Source of the DNA: Lingula anatina
Taxonomy: Eukaryota > Animalia > Brachiopoda
NCBI GenBank assembly: GCA_051362555.1
Contig: CM120643.1
Location: 4,960,001 to 5,024,000, forward strand
DNA length: 64,000 bases
Reading direction: 5' to 3'
A program made the translations under genes and the position numbers. Under the pieces are notes generated by a model that searched no databases, had not been told where the DNA came from, and saw only the letters and a program-made list of their open reading frames with translations. Positions 61,901-64,000 of this stretch are shown here, piece after piece. Numbering within the stretch: the stretch's first letter is position 1; every line of letters begins with the position of its first letter.

Positions 61901-64000
61901 TTAAAGGGACTAAAGGAAATTTTGAGGTCTTCGACATTCCGATTGCGTTAGTTGAGACAGACCTTTCGGGACCCTTAAGACCCACCGATTGTGACAGTTG
62001 CGACGGAGTCCATGTTATTTAAAGTACTTTTAAAGGGACTAAAGCAAATTTTGAGGTCTTCGACATTCCGATTGCGTTAGTTGAGACAGACCTTTCGGGA
62101 CCCTTAAGACCCACCGATTGTGACGGTTGCGACGGAGTCCATGTTATTTAAAGTACTTTTAAAGGGACAAGAGCCATTTTTGAGGGCTTTGACTTTCCGA
62201 TTGCGTTAGTTGAGATGTACCTTTCGGGACCCTTAAGACCCACCGATTGTGACAGTTGCGACGGAGTCCATGTTATTTAAAGTACTTTTAAAGGGACAAG
62301 AGACATTTTTGAGGACCTTGACTTTCCGATTGCGTTAGTTGAGACGTACCTTTCGGAACCATTTTGAGGGCTTCGATTTTCCGATTGCGTTAGTTGAGAC
62401 GGACATTTCGGGACCCTTAAGACCCACCGATTGTGACAGTTGCGACGGAGTCCATGTTATTTAAAGTACTTTTAAAGGGACAAGAGCCATTTTTGAGGGC
62501 TTCTACTATCCGATTGCGTTAGTTGAGACGGACCTTTTGGGACCCTTAAGACCCACCGATTGTGACAGTTGCGACGGAGTCCATGTTATTTAAAGTACTT
62601 TTAAAGGGACTAAAGCAAATTTTGAGATCTTAGACATTCCGATTGCGTTAGTTGAGCTGGACATTTCGGGACCCTTAAGACCCACCGATTGTGACAGTTG
62701 CGACGGAGTCCATGTTATTTAAAGTACTTTTAAAGGGACAAGAGCCATTTTTGAGGGCTTTGACTTTCCGATTGCGTTAGTTGAGACGTACCTTTCGGAA
62801 CCATTTTGAGGGCTTCGACTTTCCGATTGCGTTAGTTGAGACGGACATTTTGGGACCCTTAAGACCCACCGATTGTGACAGTTGCGACGGAGTCCATGTT
62901 ATTTAAAGTACTTTTAAAGGGACTAAAGCAAATTTTGAGATCTTCGACATTCCGATTGCGTTAGTTGAGACGGACATTTTGAGACCCTTAAGACCCACCG
63001 ATTGTGACAGTTGCGACGGAGTCCATGTTATTTAAAGTACTTTTAAAGGGACAAGAGCCATTTTTGAGGGCGTCTACTATCCGATTGCGTTAGTTGAGAC
63101 AGACCTTTCGGGACCCTTAAGACCCACCGATTGTGACAGTTGCGACGGAGTCCATGTTATTTAAAGTACTTTTAAAGGGACTAAAGCAAATTTTGAGGTC
63201 TTCGACATTCCGATTGCGTTAGTTGAGACAGACCTTTCGGGACCCTTAAGACCCACCGATTGTGACGGTTGCGACGGAGTCCATGTTATTTAAAGTACTT
63301 TTAAAGGGACAAGAGACATTTTTGAGGACCTTGACTTTCCGATTGCGTTAGTTGAGACGTACCTTTCGGAACCATTTTGAGGGCTTCGACTTTCCGATTG
63401 CGTTAGTTGAGACGGACATTTTTGGACCCTTAAGACCCACCGATTGTGACAGTTGCGACGGAGTCCATGTTATTTAAAGTACTTTTAAAGGGATAAGAGC
63501 CATTTTTGAGGACTTTGACTTTCCGATTGCGTTAGTTGAGACGTACCTTTCGGAACCATTTTGAGGGCTTCGACTTTCCGATTGCGTTAGTTGAGACGGA
63601 CATTTTGGGACCCTTAAGACCCACCGATTGTGACAGTTGCGATGGAGTCCATGTTATTTAAAGTACTTTTAAAGGGACTAAAGCAAATTTTGAGATCTTC
63701 GACATTCCGATTGCGTTAGTTGAGACGGACATTTTGAGACCCTTAAGACCCACCGATTGTGACAGTTGCGACGGAGTCCATGTTATTTAAAGTACTTTTA
63801 AAGGGACAAGAGCCATTTTTGAGGGCGTCTACTATCCGATTGCGTTAGTTGAGACAGACCTTTCGGGACCCTTAAGACCCATCGATTGTGACAGTTGCGA
63901 CGGGGTCCATGTTATTTAAAGTACTTTTAAAGGGACTAAAGCAAATTTTGAGGTCTTCGACATTCCGATTGCGTTAGTTGAGACAGACCTTTCGGGACCC
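58930..64000. repeat. Satellite DNA with a 129-bp monomer and a 184-bp variant (partial internal duplication); continues past the window end
   Basis: TTTAAAGTACTTTTAAAGGGAC...GACCCTTAAGACCCACCGATTGTGACAGTTGCGACGGAGTCCATG is repeated over 30 times. Measured spacings are 60665->60794 and 61052->61236. Confidence 0.95.

Noticed and set aside
58930-64000. CRISPR-like array or repetitive protein (ORFs with LRPTDCDSCDG)
   Set aside because: There are no unique spacers or cas genes, the context is eukaryotic, and most monomers contain stops; it is satellite DNA.

Overview
AT-rich, intron-containing animal genomic DNA made up almost entirely of repeats. The repeat types suggest a marine invertebrate such as a mollusc (inference). 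The centrepiece is a complete 8.7-kb Kolobok-superfamily DNA transposon (12174-20876) with a TTAA target-site duplication (TSD) and AGATGCATAC terminal inverted repeats (TIRs). It carries two convergent spliced genes: a 13-exon DDE transposase (~768 aa, intact except for a 1-nt frameshift in an A-run) and an intact 4-exon, 254-aa KolX-type gene with an RG/RS-rich N-terminus and a P2X7-ballast-like Cys-rich domain. The transposase lacks THAP and instead starts with a motif resembling the N-terminus of vertebrate ZNF692/ZNF653. The element sits inside a complex tandem array of exon-like modules (1-24.9 kb) that is homogeneous with higher-order periodicity on the left and diverged on the right. 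The rest of the window holds a decayed LINE with doubly nested MITEs, Helentron-type non-autonomous elements with 146-bp arrays, several Harbinger-like MITE families, and a 3.1-kb CACTA/EnSpm-like element within a probable divergent promoter. It ends with a ~690-bp tandem repeat carrying a MITE with a 5-bp TSD and a 129/184-bp satellite that starts behind a Helentron-like hairpin. No conventional host protein-coding gene, rRNA, tRNA or CRISPR array is recognisable.
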